64,000 nt of DNA from Bugula neritina (Eukaryota > Animalia > Bryozoa). Location of the stretch: the NCBI GenBank assembly GCA_964035545.1, contig OZ037773.1:6911751-6975750 (forward strand), in the 5' to 3' direction. Shown here one piece after another: positions 29,816-48,329 of this stretch. Both the position numbers and the translations under genes were made by a program. The stretch's first letter is position 1, and every line of letters starts with the position of its first letter. The notes beneath the pieces were generated by a model that saw only the letters and a list, made by a program, of their open reading frames with translations, had not been told where the DNA came from and ran no database searches.

Positions 29816-30593
29816 TCACCGGCTTTCCATGTACCGATCTCAGATCGATCTCAGCGAGATCGATCCATGGAAAGACGCCAAAGATCGATCTCCGTCGATC
29901 TGAGCTGGTCGGTCTGTGGAGCTCGAACTCAGATCGATCTCATGTCAATAAGACCATAGAAAGACGCCAGATCGATCTGAGAAGTAGAAAAAGACTGCGC
30001 GCTACAATGTTGTCTGCTAATAAAATATGATAACTTATTGATAATTGCTAAGCAAAGTATTTAATAATTATGATAGCCACCTATTCAGATGCCAAAACTT
30101 TGACTTTCAGTACAATGATTAAGAAAACTCAATTATATGCAGTAGAAGGTAAAAAATGGGAGAATTTAAATTGAATTTAAATGACTATTAAAACTTGGTT
30201 TCATTAGCTATTTTCTTTGTAATTTTAAGCCTAACAGTTCTGTAAGTTTATTAATAATTTGCAAGACAGCCATTAATTTTATATAAGCTGTCAAGCTAAA
30301 AAATTAAAATTAATTATTTTAAATTGGCCAAATTACCATACACTGAAAGCTTTGCTGCGTATAGTTTATAGCTGGGATTAAATTTTAGACTAGGACCATC
30401 TTGTTTTCAACAGTAGTAGCTTTAATCACTCAAATAGGTAAACAAAATATACTTTTAAAATATCCTTCATTTAAGAGGAGGCAACTTCGCGAGATCGATC
30501 TGACACTCTCATGGAAAAACGATCGATCTGAGCACATTTCTCAGATCGATCTCAGTGAGATCGATCTGAGATCGGTACATGGAAAGCCCGTGA
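29816..30593. mobile_element. MITE with ~50-bp terminal inverted repeats rich in AGATCGATCT
   Basis: Left TCACCGGCTTTCCATGTACCGATCTCAGATCGATCTCA vs right TGAGATCGATCTGAGATCGGTACATGGAAAGCCCGTGA; AT-rich non-coding core. Confidence 0.85.
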
Positions 30594-30646
30594 ATATAAG
30601 CTAAGGTTGCCATGGAAACTAAATAGAACTGTTGACTTGCTGATCT

Positions 30647-33600
30647 CTATAACTCTTTACTTGTTTCTTGGCTGACCTTTTCACCTTTGACAGCATTTAG
30701 GAACATGTTTTTCTTGCTGACCTTTGGTAGGTTCACCTAGAAGGAAGATTAAACTGTCTGCATCTCATAAAGCATAATCAGCATCTAGATCAATGTGTTG
30801 ATGTATAAAAATCAATCACCAATCTCGAAGATCTTCATGGAGAAAACTACGTTTATTAAAAAATTTTAATAATGATATGCTTCTATACTTTTCACCTGAG
30901 TTTATGTTTAGTTAGGCCAAACAGATAAATTTTTCATTTACTTGTTATCTTTAACATCTGCTTATTGTATTACAGAATTGTAATTATTAGCAATACTTTC
31001 AGCTGCTTAAAATTTACAATTTGTCAAAACTATAAGTTTTGATAAAAATATAATTAATTGTTTAGTTTTGTATATCAAAGTGATTTAAAACTATCTTTGC
31101 ACTGCAAGGAATTCCAAAAAAGCAATTAGATTTAAAGATTGACAACTTACTTCTCTACCATGCTCAGTTTCTTTGCTGGGTGAAGCCATGTCTTGCTGAT
31201 TATGATCTCTTTTCCCTTCTTTATCACTAGCTCTGTCTATAGGACTGTGATCAAACATAGCTTCTGGACCGGTGCTGTTGAATGTCACATAGTTTAGCAG
31301 ACGATTTGTTATCTCACTCTCAGAAAGAACTGGTGCGCTCATTCCTAGAGACCTTCCTGAACCAAAGTAGTTTTCTCCAATAAACTCCAGCTCAAACATG
31401 ATTGCATCAGTTGTCCATTTGGCCAAACCCTTTGACTAAAAAATATTAATTGAATAGTATTGCAACTTATTGTCTTTACTGGTTACAGTATAACAGTCAA
31501 TGTAGTTGAAATTAATTCTTTATGTTCTAGATTACTACCTTACTTAAACATTACCAGAGCTGTTTCTGCTGTATGTTCTACCAACATTAACACGGAAAGT
31601 ATCAACATAAATGTGTAGCTATATTAGAACATCACATGACAAGGATATAATCTAGGAATAGCTCAGAGTGCATCTCAGAAATTTCAGCGACTAGCACAAT
31701 ATGACAGCTAATCATTGATCAATATATACTGGAATCAGATTCTCCACAATAATATAAGTTTTTTGTTTAATGTTTATAGGCTTGATCAATTGACTTATTA
31801 CTTGCATAAGACTGATATATTTTTTTATTCTTGAATAAAAAACAGTAAAGCATATTTTATTGGTTACATAAAAATTCAAAAACAAGTAAGGATAATATCA
31901 AAATATTATTTTGTGTAGAAGTTACTCCCTTTTAAGTTTGTGGTTTATTGTTTGTTGGAAATTGCAGTATTTGTATTTAATCAACTATTTAAGATGTTTT
32001 AAGCAGACAGTCAAACTTTCCTATCTCAAACAGTTTTAATCTGAAATATTCACGGTTCCTGTTTTATTAGACAACTTAATGTGAAGTGTGGGTTAGAAGT
32101 CATGGTCCTTAATGCTATAAATATATAATGTTTTTTAAATTAGACAATATTTAAGACGTTAATTGTTAAAAAGTTTAACATGGAGACAGCATTTTCTCAT
32201 TAAAGACTTTGAGTAAAATATGTTTTGGAAAAATTATGAAATGCTGATTACATAAAGTAAATCTTTCAACTTAATTTATAAATTTTAGAATCTAAATCTT
32301 ATTCTAACAAGCATAAGATACTTTTCAAACTGAATGTAATTTAAAAACTGTATCTGTAAGCTATATTAGTAGTATTTATTTACAAATAACAATGTGATTT
32401 ACAAGCTGAGCAGCTATCTGTTTAATAAAACATGATTCAAAAAGTTACTAAATACACAGTTAAGCTTAATAAATGAGAAAATCTAAATACCTGATATCTC
32501 ACAACAATCCATTCGGGTGGGGGCTCCACCACCCCGCAATTATCTCCAGCCTCACGGATATGAATCCTCATCCAAGAATAAACTAAGTTAGTTTGAAAAG
32601 CATAAAATATTGTTTCTCCTGTTTTGGCGACAATGACCTCAACACCACTTGGATCAGTCACAAACAACTGGAAACCTCCGTCTACAACTTCGTGACCTGA
32701 AAAATTGACAAAGTAAACCCCAAAGTTAAATTGCTTTGTGATTTGTAAACTTACAATAACTGTTGCTTACTTTCTTTCAATCTACATATTACCTATTTTA
32801 GTCAAATTATACATTACTATTTTAAACAGGAAATATTTTTTGTGTGATGAAAGTTGGTAGTAGTTTAAAGAAGCTCAGTGCCTGTGTATTTATTTATTTT
32901 AAAATAAACATTTCAAGAATACTACATGACTAAAACAATTTTTTTCAATAGTTTGACAATAATTTGTTAATAGCTTTTCAAGTATTGCTATTTTTTGTAA
33001 ATGAACCAAGATTTTAATCAACCCATGAAGAGTAAATACTACCAAAAATAGCCCTGTTTTTGGTCAACATCTAAAAAATCAATTTAATAATAGAAGAAAA
33101 GTTAAAAACAAACTACAAAGGATGTGTTAATATTTTTCTCAAAGGTACTTGATTGTTAAGCGCCATTTGCTGTAAACATGTTATTTTGCAATAATACTCA
33201 AAGGTACGAATAAACCAAGCCAGGTACAGATGTATCAATTATGCAGACATTTGGTCAAAACAAACTGTGCAGATGTATTTAATGAAGATTTTTTAAATGC
33301 CTAACAGATAAATTACATTAATAAAAATTTCAGTAAACCTTGCACTAATTGTCTCGCCAGATGCAATACACTGGAAAGGATATTAATTCAATGAAGATGG
33401 AAAATGTAGGGCATTTGAAAAAGTAAGTCAAAATTGATTGATTTAAGCCACAAATTCTTTTTCTCTGACATTTGTGTAACAAGCACGTGAAACCAAATCG
33501 CTGCATTATATATTATATTAAGGCATGCTTTATCTGTTATTGAGAAATGTTATGAACAAAATGAACAAAAATTAGCAAGCAATAAAATCAGGGTTTGCTG

Positions 33601-36600
33601 ATTTAAGATTAAATTTTTGACTCCCATCCCAAAAAAAAGAAAGAAAATGTGCAACTATATATATGTAACTAGTGCATTGAAGAAATTGAGCATACCTTTA
33701 CTACAACAAGTTATTTCATTAGCTTTTTTATTTTATGCACTTTTTGCTAAACATTTTACTATTTCTTTACAAAATTTGTAGCATCAGCAGACACGGCCTC
33801 TATTTTATAGCTTAAATATGCCGCAAAGCATATAGATGCTGACTAAAATAATTGCAATAAAAGTTGTTTAGAAAAAAGCAACTGTAGAAACAAAAAAATG
33901 TAGTTTAATGATTTTTATATAGTACTTTTAAAGCAGTGTCACTGATTGCAAGCTTAAAACAACAAATTTAAAATTACTCAACAACATATCTAAAATTAGA
34001 AAAGTTATTGCTTAATGCAATTTTCAAGAAGAAAATAATGCATTATAATTATGTAGTTACATAATCAGGGTCACATATATTATATATGCGCCAGCAAGCA
34101 GAAAGTGGAGTGATCAAATTTTCACATTTATTTATTAGAAGAATTCAACAGCAAATGGCTGAATAGTGAATCTATTAAAAGAATTGCTCTATAGGCAGCT
34201 CAGAGTGAGAGGAGGTGACTGAGTGCAGCAATTTGTGGCTTTCGAGTTTAAGGTTGAGGGTTCTAACCGTCTATAACTCCAAACTCAAAAATTCTAAACT
34301 TTTGCACTTATAGTCACTCCTAACTCAAAGCTGCTTACAGAACAATGCTTATTAAAATACCACTTTTTACTACACATAGCCCTCGAAAAATAAAATATTA
34401 ATACAGAATGAAAATATTTCTGGTTTAGTAAGACAGTTTGTAGCCTACTAGAACTATGGCACATTTTATGGTAAAAGTATTTATGGTTGGTGGCACATGA
34501 TGTTTTGAACTACAAAGTAATTATTTTTAAGTGTTAGTCAAAGTTTATTGATATCATTTTTGAGTGCGTTGTATTAATGAACATGCAAAGTTATTCACTG
34601 ATAATTAATATTATATATGTTTTACTGTTTTATAACAAAGATTGTTTAGATTAGTGACTAATAAATGGAAGCAGCAAATAATTTTAAAATTGATCATGAA
34701 TATTAAAAAATAAGACTCAAGTAAGTTAAACTGCTAACAAAAAGACATTTTATAAACTAAAAGTGAACAAACCTTCTGGTGGAGTAGGACAAGGAGTGTT
34801 CATCATGTAAGCTCTCTCATTCACTGCTGGACTTATTTGGTACTGTATAACAACTCCTTTTCCTTCCTTCATCAACTGCTCACCATCCAGACCATATTCT
34901 TCTCTCCAGAAACTTAAAGCATTCTACAAAAAGTTTCCAAATTGATTATTTGTGCTCTGGGACAGCTGCATCAAAATAAAAATTAATAGAAAGTTAATTA
35001 AGAACTTGTAGTAGTTTGCAAACAGTTACCTTTACTATTCAAAATACTGCTGATGAAATGGCATGGACATATTTTAATCTAAGTTCAGCATTAACATTTT
35101 GTAATCAAAAGTATAAAACAATAAGAAGCTTATAAATATATGTTTGAGAGTTTTTATTATAATTAGTAAAATTTTAAAAGAAAGTTAGAGTAAATCACCA
35201 GTCAGCATTCTATGAGTTGGGCTGATGTTATTTGACTCTAAAATAGTAATCAATATGATGAAGCAAGCAACTATATTCTATACTAAAGTTCAAGAAGTAT
35301 GGCCGTATAAAACAGCATACATAAACAGTTATATGTATGCATTACAGTAAATACTATTTCAAGTTCTCTATATAAATCATAAGAATACTCTTTATAAAGG
35401 CACAGCTTAAAATTATGTCATGATTTATATTTGAAATTGTTATTTTAATAAATGAAATTTATTTTGAATAAATATTTATTTCTAAAGCTTTAATCCTAAC
35501 AGTATCATAGCAATTAAGTTGAGTTGTTGCATTTAAGCAACGAAACAATGAAGACCATAGCTTAACTATTCAATAAATCTTTAGGGATTCTTTAATTGGT
35601 GAAGAATTAAAAGTTTAGAGTAACAGAATAACACAATGTACTATAGCTTTACCTTCAGTGATAATCACAAGACCATGTATAAATACAATAATATAAACAA
35701 TTAGTTACTATGGCAATTGAATCAAAATAAAAACTGTTATGTTAGTACAATGAAAAATATGAACGGTATTTTATTTTGTAATTTAAATTATAAGCACTAA
35801 AGCATAAGATATAACATCTGTAATTAATAGTATCATAACTTATTTAAATACAATTAATTCACAGTCAGTTAAGAGTAAATATTTAAATCATAAAACTTTG
35901 TTATTTGGTCAACACTAGTGTACGTTTTGCAATGTTAGCATATTAGTGCATAATTTGAAATAAACAAAAATATTGTTTTGATGTATTAATTATTTTACAT
36001 AATTCCCACCAAGAACTAACCAAAATATCTTTAAGAAAAAGTAGAAATATATTGTTTATACTACAGAAATGGACAATTGCCATAAACTTTGTGCTCATTT
36101 TAGAATTCCTCCAAGTACAAGCTAAAGGTTTTTTTCAGCCCAGTTTTGACTTGAAACAGATTTAGTAGATAGCTATTGCGTCTTTGATTTTGTCAAACCA
36201 GTTTGTACATTAATTATATTTGCTATTTTAGGTTGCTGTGAAAAAATACAATCAAATTAAAAAGATTTTAAAACTTGAATCAATACTTTAATAGTCCTCA
36301 TACTCTACATATAATTTAAAATATAGATACCAAATAAGCACAGATTGGGCAGAAGACCTTACATACAGCTATAATGTAACCAATCCAAACTGTATAACAA
36401 CCCCTCAACTTTGCTACATTATAATTTGTAACATTGTAAAAAGTACAAGTTTGAAAAGTGTTATAGCTATATGCTTTCTTCACCTAATTTTCAAATCTGA
36501 TGTATTAATTTGATATGTTGCATTAATAAAATTAATATTTTTGATCTATATCTTAAAAAAATTTTATAGAAGAAAAATCTGCGGCAACTTGATATTTAAA

Positions 36601-36865
36601 TATGTAACGACTTTCTATTTACCTGTCTTTGCAGTTCCACCATCTCCTCACTCCACTGTTGATGTTTGGTCATAAACTCAGTTCCATTTAGGGCATTGTT
36701 TGCGAAGGGATTGGGGCCCTCAGCTATGGGCACCGAACCATTTCCGTAGAGGAAAATATGAGCAGCTACATGTTCTGGAGAGAGAGGGTTAAAGTTCAGC
36801 GGAAGTTCCTTTGAGGAAGCTGTCACCACAAGTTGTATCAATATTATAGATAGGAAGCCAATCAT
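30647..36865 (-). CDS. Uncharacterised signal-peptide protein, paralogue B (~324 aa, 5 coding exons, charged C-terminal extension)
   Basis: Exons 36865-36623, 34923-34773, 32696-32491, 31435-31151 (GTAAGT donor), and probable last exon 30736-30647 (VNLPKVSKKNMFLNAVKGEKVSQETSKEL*). Without that splice the frame stops at 31091. Shares ANNAL.G, ALSFW.EE.G.DGE, YQISP.VNE.AY, DGGFQL, TNLV.SW, G.G.SLG..APV, NRL.NY.TF with paralogue A. Confidence 0.85.
34186..34345. mobile_element. Hairpin MITE-like family 3
   Basis: TCTATAGGCAGCT...AGCTGCTTACAGA inverted ends with internal complementarity; related copy at 54591-54743. Confidence 0.7.
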
Positions 36866-39786
36866 CTTTAGTCAAATCTGTAAAATTCATCAAAAAATAA
36901 ATTCATACTCGTGCGAAGCAATGGAAAACTTTTCTAACTTATGTATATAAAACTCACCTTTCAAACCATCAAATGTATTATTGCCCATGAATTAGATCTA
37001 TGCACATTTGATCTTATATACCGTCTGTGCAGTTTTATTTTGGACTTGAACGGCCCATAGTTGAATAGCGGTTATCCAATAACAGCCATGCAATGTGTCT
37101 AAGCATTAAATAGAATAAAACCTGACATAATAGACTACATTCATGCACACACTGGTACCAGAGGAGTTTATTTTTGACTTTTGACTACAGAAGAATAGCT
37201 TCACTAAAACGTCCCTTTCTTTTACTAGGATAACTGCATCCAAATGTTTTAAATCAAATAAAAGTAAAAATTATAAAGACACAGCATTACAAAAGAGTAG
37301 ATGAGATCAGATCATCAAATCACTATACTTAGTTTTGCTTAGTTGTTAGTGAAGCTTTACCAGTTATTTTTTTTCTGTTTTATTTATTTGTTAGTCAGTG
37401 TTATTTAAATAAGATTTTTCTATAATTAAGTATTTTTGCTATTTATTATTAACAAGATCTAGAAAAAATTATATATTTTTGCCAAATTTCTTAATAACAA
37501 GTATGGTTGTAGAAAGTGCACTATTGGAGCACTTGAGACAAGTAGGAGAAGACAAATACTAACGATGTAGAGTTGTCTGCCCTTGTAAAAATTCTCTCCA
37601 TGCTATCATAAGAGAATGCTAAACATTGAAAAGAACCAAAATTATAATTTCTTTAAAGAAGCTAGAAAGGCACTTATCTGCTTAGTTTTTAATATCTGGA
37701 AGTCTAACAACCATGTACTCGATAAACTATGCATTACATAAACAATACTAATTAACTTTTACAACCCATATCATAAAAGGCCACAGTACTGTAAGTCGCA
37801 TACACTCAACATGTAGAAAAGTATAAGGAAATCAAAAGAAATGTTACACTGAAATTGAAATCAAGGAGTTTAAACGTTCACTGATCTATAACATGACTTA
37901 CTGTTAAATGAAACATATTAGAACAAATTACGCTATGTAATAGCCTATTACATAATGGCTAATCTACATAATATATATATATATGACTTACCTTTCGAAG
38001 TATCAAACGTTTTAAAAACACTTAGTCAGGCAGCATCAATGTGATTTCTAACCATTATGACTAGCACATACACCCTTACAGTGTCAATCAGGTTGACTGT
38101 GTGCTCTTGTAATATCAACGCTGTGTTTATAATGTAATCAATAAGTACTTTGCAAAGGTTAAGGGTCCAGTATAGAATGACTGTAGAAATGCAAAGATTT
38201 CAAGTCACTGTTAACATTGATTCCTACATTAGGTCAAAAGCCTTGTATAAATACTTGCCAGGTTATAAAAAATATTTACTAATACCATCAAGGCTATAGA
38301 AATAACATTAGTTCAAATTGTTTCCTCAAGTCTGTAAAAAGTTCAACATTAAAACACAACAAGTCACTATGAATGTTTGAAAATGTGTCATCAGTTTAAA
38401 CCTTTTCCAGACTATGTTTGTGTCAGGAGAAAATAATAAATAATAGATTGCAAAGTATATAAATATTTTCTAAAAGGAGTTGTTTAACATTTCTTTTTCT
38501 TCACATGAGACATTACGGTTTTATTTTTACATGACTGTCCTTGTAGAATAAGCTTTTGATGATATTTCTTGTACACCAGTATGTTAGTAAACGCTTTCAG
38601 CAATCTAACATAGCAAGCTATTTCTATGCTTTTCTACAACTATTATAGTTAACTTTTTGTTACAATAAAACAATCGCAAGGGCTACAGCTAAAACCTTGT
38701 ATATTTTACAGCGCTTTAAAACTAATATCCGCAGATCAACACTTCAACAAATAAGATAGGGTAGATTAAAGTTTTTCAATGAAATTTAAATAAAATAAAA
38801 TAAAGCACTACTAGATAGATACATGTGCTAAATAAAGGTAACTTTTGAGTAGACAGCATATAGATAGAGATACTTTCAATACAAAAATAAAACCTTGCGT
38901 GTTTGAAAATATGCAAGGCACAAGCAGTTTAAGTAATGAAAAACAAATGGACTGTAAAGTTCAAATGTACTTTCAATGGTCATCAAATTCCCTTACTAAT
39001 GAACTAAAGTAACTGATTCAATTTTATGAGGAAATATCCAAGCTGCCTGCCTTTACTAGTTATCGCTGGTTGAAAACACTCACCTGTTGAATTTTTTGAT
39101 TTAAAACAGTTTTGTTGAATACCTGTGATGCTATTGCTTAATGTAACTTTGCACCGAGGTTTTAGTGCCCATATCTAAGCATTTAATTTTACCATCAAGT
39201 TCATTTTATAACATCAGGTTTGAATCTTATAACATAGCAATGTTAGATAGCAACACAATGATAGCATAGTGTAAGGTGCACTGTTTGACAGTATTGTGAT
39301 CATAATGAATAGATTAGCAGTTTTGGTTAATGCGCAGCTTTAATCCTTTCCTTTCTTTAATAAATGTTTATACATATACAGACATTATGTAGTGAAATTA
39401 TACAAAATAATAGCTTTGCATAAATTCCTTTTTATTGCAACGTTTTGATAAGTTTCTATTGAGTATGAAGTGCTGTTTATTTCACTTGAAGCATAATAAG
39501 AGGCATTAACTGCAAACAAAGTATACTGTAACTATTTTGGTGAAACATAAATTTACTACCGGCATTTTACTTAAACATTATAATGTATTAGATAAATTTT
39601 TTTATCTGGAAAGATTTCAAGACTGTCTAGGACAATGAATTATGTATTTATTTGAAGTCAAACTGTTTTAATCTCCTAAGCAATAAGGTTCAGCATAAAG
39701 CAACAACTCTACAAAAATATAATATAATCACAACATCTAACACACAGAGACGAGTCCAGCAGCAATTCCAGTGATGATCTACTCAC

Positions 39787-43561
<3,775 letters not shown>

Positions 43562-46254
43562 GCTTTTTAGGCTTCAAATAACACTAAATGAGAATGTTTT
43601 CAAATGAAGTATAGGCCTATATATAAAAGAAAACAACTCCTTTGTTGTGAAGGCTAAAACAAACTTATTGCGTGCAGCATTAATTTAGTCATTGCTAATC
43701 GGATAAAGAATATACATTGCAAATAAGGTGCTAATTTGAGGCAGTAGCAATACTATTACGAAATTTCTTTTCAACAAAGTTTTTAAAATCTTACCTCTAG
43801 ATAAAGCTTTTCTATTGTAGAAAATAGACTGCTAAATGTTTCAAGGTTTTCAACTGTTACAATGTTGTATGATTACTAACATAGCAATGACATGCTGGGT
43901 ACTGCTTTCCAAGTACTATAAAATAATCAGAAACAATTATATAATGATAGTGATAAACTATTAGGCTCTGTTCCATGTTTTCTATTTGCTTTGTACCAAA
44001 GAGCTTTGGTCCACAGACTAACATGTTTGCATTATAATGATATTGTTAATAACTGGCACAGATTCTAGTTATGATGGTGATTTCCAGGGTACAAGTTTAA
44101 AATATAGAATATAGTTTATCAATTCATTTATCTTTTAGAAGATACTATAAGGTCATAATGTAGAAGGTAATTTCATGGCATGTACATGTATTCAACTCTA
44201 TTTTTTGAATAATAAAGCTCAATATTTTATAGAAAGCAATCTTAAGAATATAGCTTAAACCTTGTCATTTTATTATCATACTTTACAAGTTTTTTTGAAA
44301 AATATAATGTTGAAAATATATAGCCGTCATTCTTGCGAGAATCCCGGATGGCAAGAGTTTCTGAGTGAGCTGATGCTATGTGCCTTCTATCGAAATAACA
44401 ACATGGTTTGAGAGCTTTTGCTGTGGCACATGAGTAATGGTATGTCCTTCATGACATCATCAAGGCAGGAGCTCAAACTCCTAAACTTTTTCATTAACCA
44501 GTGTGCTCTGATCACCAGACCATGACCGTTCCTATATAAAAGTGTGATATCCAGTCTTGCAGCAATTTCAGGTTAAGTTAATATTGCCTCAAATTAGGCA
44601 ATTATAGATATTAAAAATTCTTTTGTTAAGATAGTTTCGTTTTAATTTTACGGATTTGCTAAATAGTGTCTATTATACAGAAACAAAACAAGAAATTAGT
44701 AAATATTCTTCTACTTGCTTGGTAACCTTCAACATTTTTCAATGTTATTAGCCTGTGATTGTGGTTTAAAATATTCAAATAAAAAATGACAAATTTCCGT
44801 ATTAAAACAATTTTATTGCAATATTCCTAATGGTGGCCAAACATTTGAGCTTATGAGCACATGTAAAAGAAGTGCTTTTAAATTTCTTTTGACATCAAAA
44901 ATTTGTTTACCACATTTTTAATATTTGCCATTATTTTAGTTTTTTTAGCATATAATTAGTAAGATATATTGATTTAAAATAATAACGATAAAATAATTAA
45001 CTCATTTTATTATATTATATTATAATATATATTTTAGATTGAGCTATGGCTATGACATAATGACTAGCCTTATCCTGTGAAAAGCTCATTTTTGTGTATA
45101 GCATTTCCAGTCTGAGACCACACCAGTGCAGGTACAACAACTCCTTTTGAAACCCTCAAATTAATCAAATACACTTAGAGATATTAGAATATTTTCCACT
45201 GCTAACGCTTCAATGTTGCATTATTAGGAGTTGTGGCCCCTAATTATTGAATGCATTTTCTACAAAATTATTTATAATATCTAATGATTAGCATAATATA
45301 TAAATCAATATAATAGTATAATAAATGTAATAAACTAAACATAATATTTTTATTATGTCAGCATTTATGCGTCATAGAGAGAACAGGGTATGTGATAATT
45401 TTGCTTAATAATATAAAGCTATACAGTATAAATACTTACTATAATAGTATAGAAGATAAACTGGAGCAATACCAGCAACATGTATAGTATCAGTAGAGAT
45501 AAAGAAGCAATTTCAGTTATTTTAAAAAACAACTATCATGTCCTACAGGTGTTAATAAATTATATACTTTTTGTAATAACACAAGTATGGCCGCAAAATT
45601 TTTCACATAATTGTTGTATATTGGTATATCACATCAACAATTATAACATTATAGTGAAAACAGAATCTTTAAGATATTATTCATCATCAATTAGAAATAT
45701 GTATGATATACAATAGTATATAGCAATAAAGAAGACAATTCCAAAATGAGATGCAAATGCCTCTCTATGCAATGCTAAAATCATTCAGGTGTAGTATTGA
45801 ACAATTTTAATAGCTTTAAGCTTTTTTATCAGTTTTTGTATAAGGGTTGGAATTAAAAAAAAGAAAAATTATTCTGCTATATTTCTCATCTAACGCACAG
45901 GCTTATTTTCTGCACCTATAGGGTTAGTCTGGTTGCTACGGTTTCGAAAAATTTATACCAGCTGGCATTCTGCCAGGTTTCATCGCCTCTAAAGTCTGAC
46001 CCAGTGATGCAATTTGCAGGTCATAAATCAAAGCCTTTTTTATGCATTGTCATTACGTTTCATGTAAAGGTTGTAACCACAAAATATAGTAGTATATTGT
46101 GGAATCTTGAGTCAAAGGTTTAAGTTGTGAAATATAATCCCGCCTTATAAAGCATTATACTTACCTTTGTGCTTCCTTGTATAAAACTACTTAGTGAATT
46201 GTGTAAATGAAGTTGAAGGATATATTATATAGATGAGACTGCCAAGCTGAGGCT

Positions 46255-46384
46255 TGTATAAACGTCACAGGTGAATAGCTAGTAGTTTAGCTTGACACTT
46301 CAGAAAGTAACTTCTATTGCCACTGCTAGCCTGGTTATACAGACAGCGCATACAGCTTATCTTCTTCTGCATATATAGGTAAGC
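46255..46384 (+). promoter_or_regulatory. Putative TATA-like element and non-coding first exon of adenylate-forming enzyme copy 1
   Basis: GTATAAA at ~46256, strong AG|GTAAGC donor at 46378, acceptor TATTTCAG at 48278 upstream of the ATG. Confidence 0.35.
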
Positions 46385-48329
46385 TTTCTTATAGGTACGT
46401 TTGTTTTAGCTTAGGCTTCCAGTTATTAAGTTAATAAAGGTGTGTTTTATGTCTCCTTTTTAGAAATTTTTTTTATTAAAGCGCGGAGTTTCCTCCCAGA
46501 GAGAGAGCAGGCAAATTCCTATAGGCTATATTTATTCTAATTTCTTAAAACTCTAATGGTATCTTGATAAATTTTAGTTGGGGTTTTTACTTTACATTCA
46601 ACTTTCAATCAAGCTATACTTTTAGTTTAAAAGCATTTTAGTGTTGCTAGTGAATACATCAACAAATATAACTATTGTGCAACTTTTTTCCATAATAATA
46701 TATTCAATAACTAAGAGAAATAGAAATGTCCTTAATAATTATGGTTCAGTTGAACTGATACTTATATTCTGAGTATAGCAAAATTTAGCAAACTAGTGGT
46801 GTATGTTTGAGGCCCAGGACACACCCCCCCCTTCCCAAGCATGCAACACAATCTCATGCCATAGTATTGCATGCTTGGTACAGGGTAATATAAACAGCCA
46901 CACTGATTTATTAGGAGGTAGAAAATGTGACCAGATGAATTTGGTCGTGTATAGCATACGTATCCTGTATATAGAAGCAGAGGTTTATGATAGTATTATT
47001 GTATAATGTGTAAACTGGTAAATTGTAAATTGGTTTGTGCAGGTATATGACAATGACGGTGCACTTTAATGTTGCAAAACCTCTCCCCACCTTTTTTGGC
47101 TATGCATAGCTAGAATTATCACATGCAATTGCCCTGCATATAGTAACTTTTAATGAATTTTGAGCAAACTTTAATTTTTGGTCATAATTTACTTATGTGT
47201 ACTAAACGAAGTAAAATGACCCTTATGCCTCTTATGAAATAGTCTCATAGGTGTATATGTGAGTTCACAGGCTATGTGTGTGAGTGAGTCCACAGGTCAG
47301 GTATGACCGGGTGACTGAATCTCATACTGTGTCTTAAATCATATTCTTCTCTTCATTATCTTTCCGTCTCACAGTAACTGATCCTAATACTATAACCTGT
47401 TATCTTGTACATTATCTGCAGCAGACAATCTGTAGCTAACTGAGTCACTGTACAATGCATTGTTTCTCTTCTTATCAAATGTCACACCACTTTCAACTGC
47501 TTCTCAGCATGCTGATCAGTCTTTTAATCCATGGCCTCTCCTATAGGTTGTTATCTTAAATCACGTGCCCATGTCTTCATATTGTGTGTACACTACACAA
47601 GATAACCTAAAAAAGATAAAGCTTAGCGTAGCTATATCACATAGAAATAGCTTGTAAAAAATGCAAGTTATGTAAATACATATTTACCATGAATGAGTGA
47701 CTATTGATAACTAGCAATGGTGTTATGCTTATATTAAACTCAGAAGCTTAAAGCCATACTACTTCATAAAAACTCAACTGCTACTTCTTCATGAAAGAGC
47801 TGTCATAAACTATCTTTTGTTTCCCTAAAAATATACTTCTTTAATTTAAAAGTTCAGTTCAATTTAGTTCTATTAATACTTAAAAGAAAATAATTGATTT
47901 CGTACAACTTTCAAATTCTATAAGATGTTTTTAGAAAAGGATGCTTTGTTGTGCTCTTCTTTGTAAACATTGTTTACTGTCAAATTGGTAGTTGAACTGG
48001 TTTTCAATAGTGAATACCAGCACGTGAGGTTATTAATAGATTCCCCAGCACGTGAGCTTTACAAACAGTAAGGTAATACTTCCTACTGGATAAACTTTAG
48101 CCAATCAGGATGCCATCTTATATACTAATACAATGTTCCGCTAGTGACTAGGGTTTAACTCGTAGCTGAACATGCTAGCACCAGCAAAATTTTAGCTCTT
48201 AAAAAGTTAAGCCTAGATTGGCTGTTACACAAAGGTTTTAAAACTATAATCAGAAAGTGAACTGCAGTATTATTTCAGTGGTATCCAAGGTTTAGTATCC
48301 AAACCACCATACTGTTGAAAAAAGGAGTT

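Noticed and set aside
29746-30604. ORFs 29746-30030 and 30401-30604
   Set aside because: They overlap the MITE termini and show no transposase motifs.
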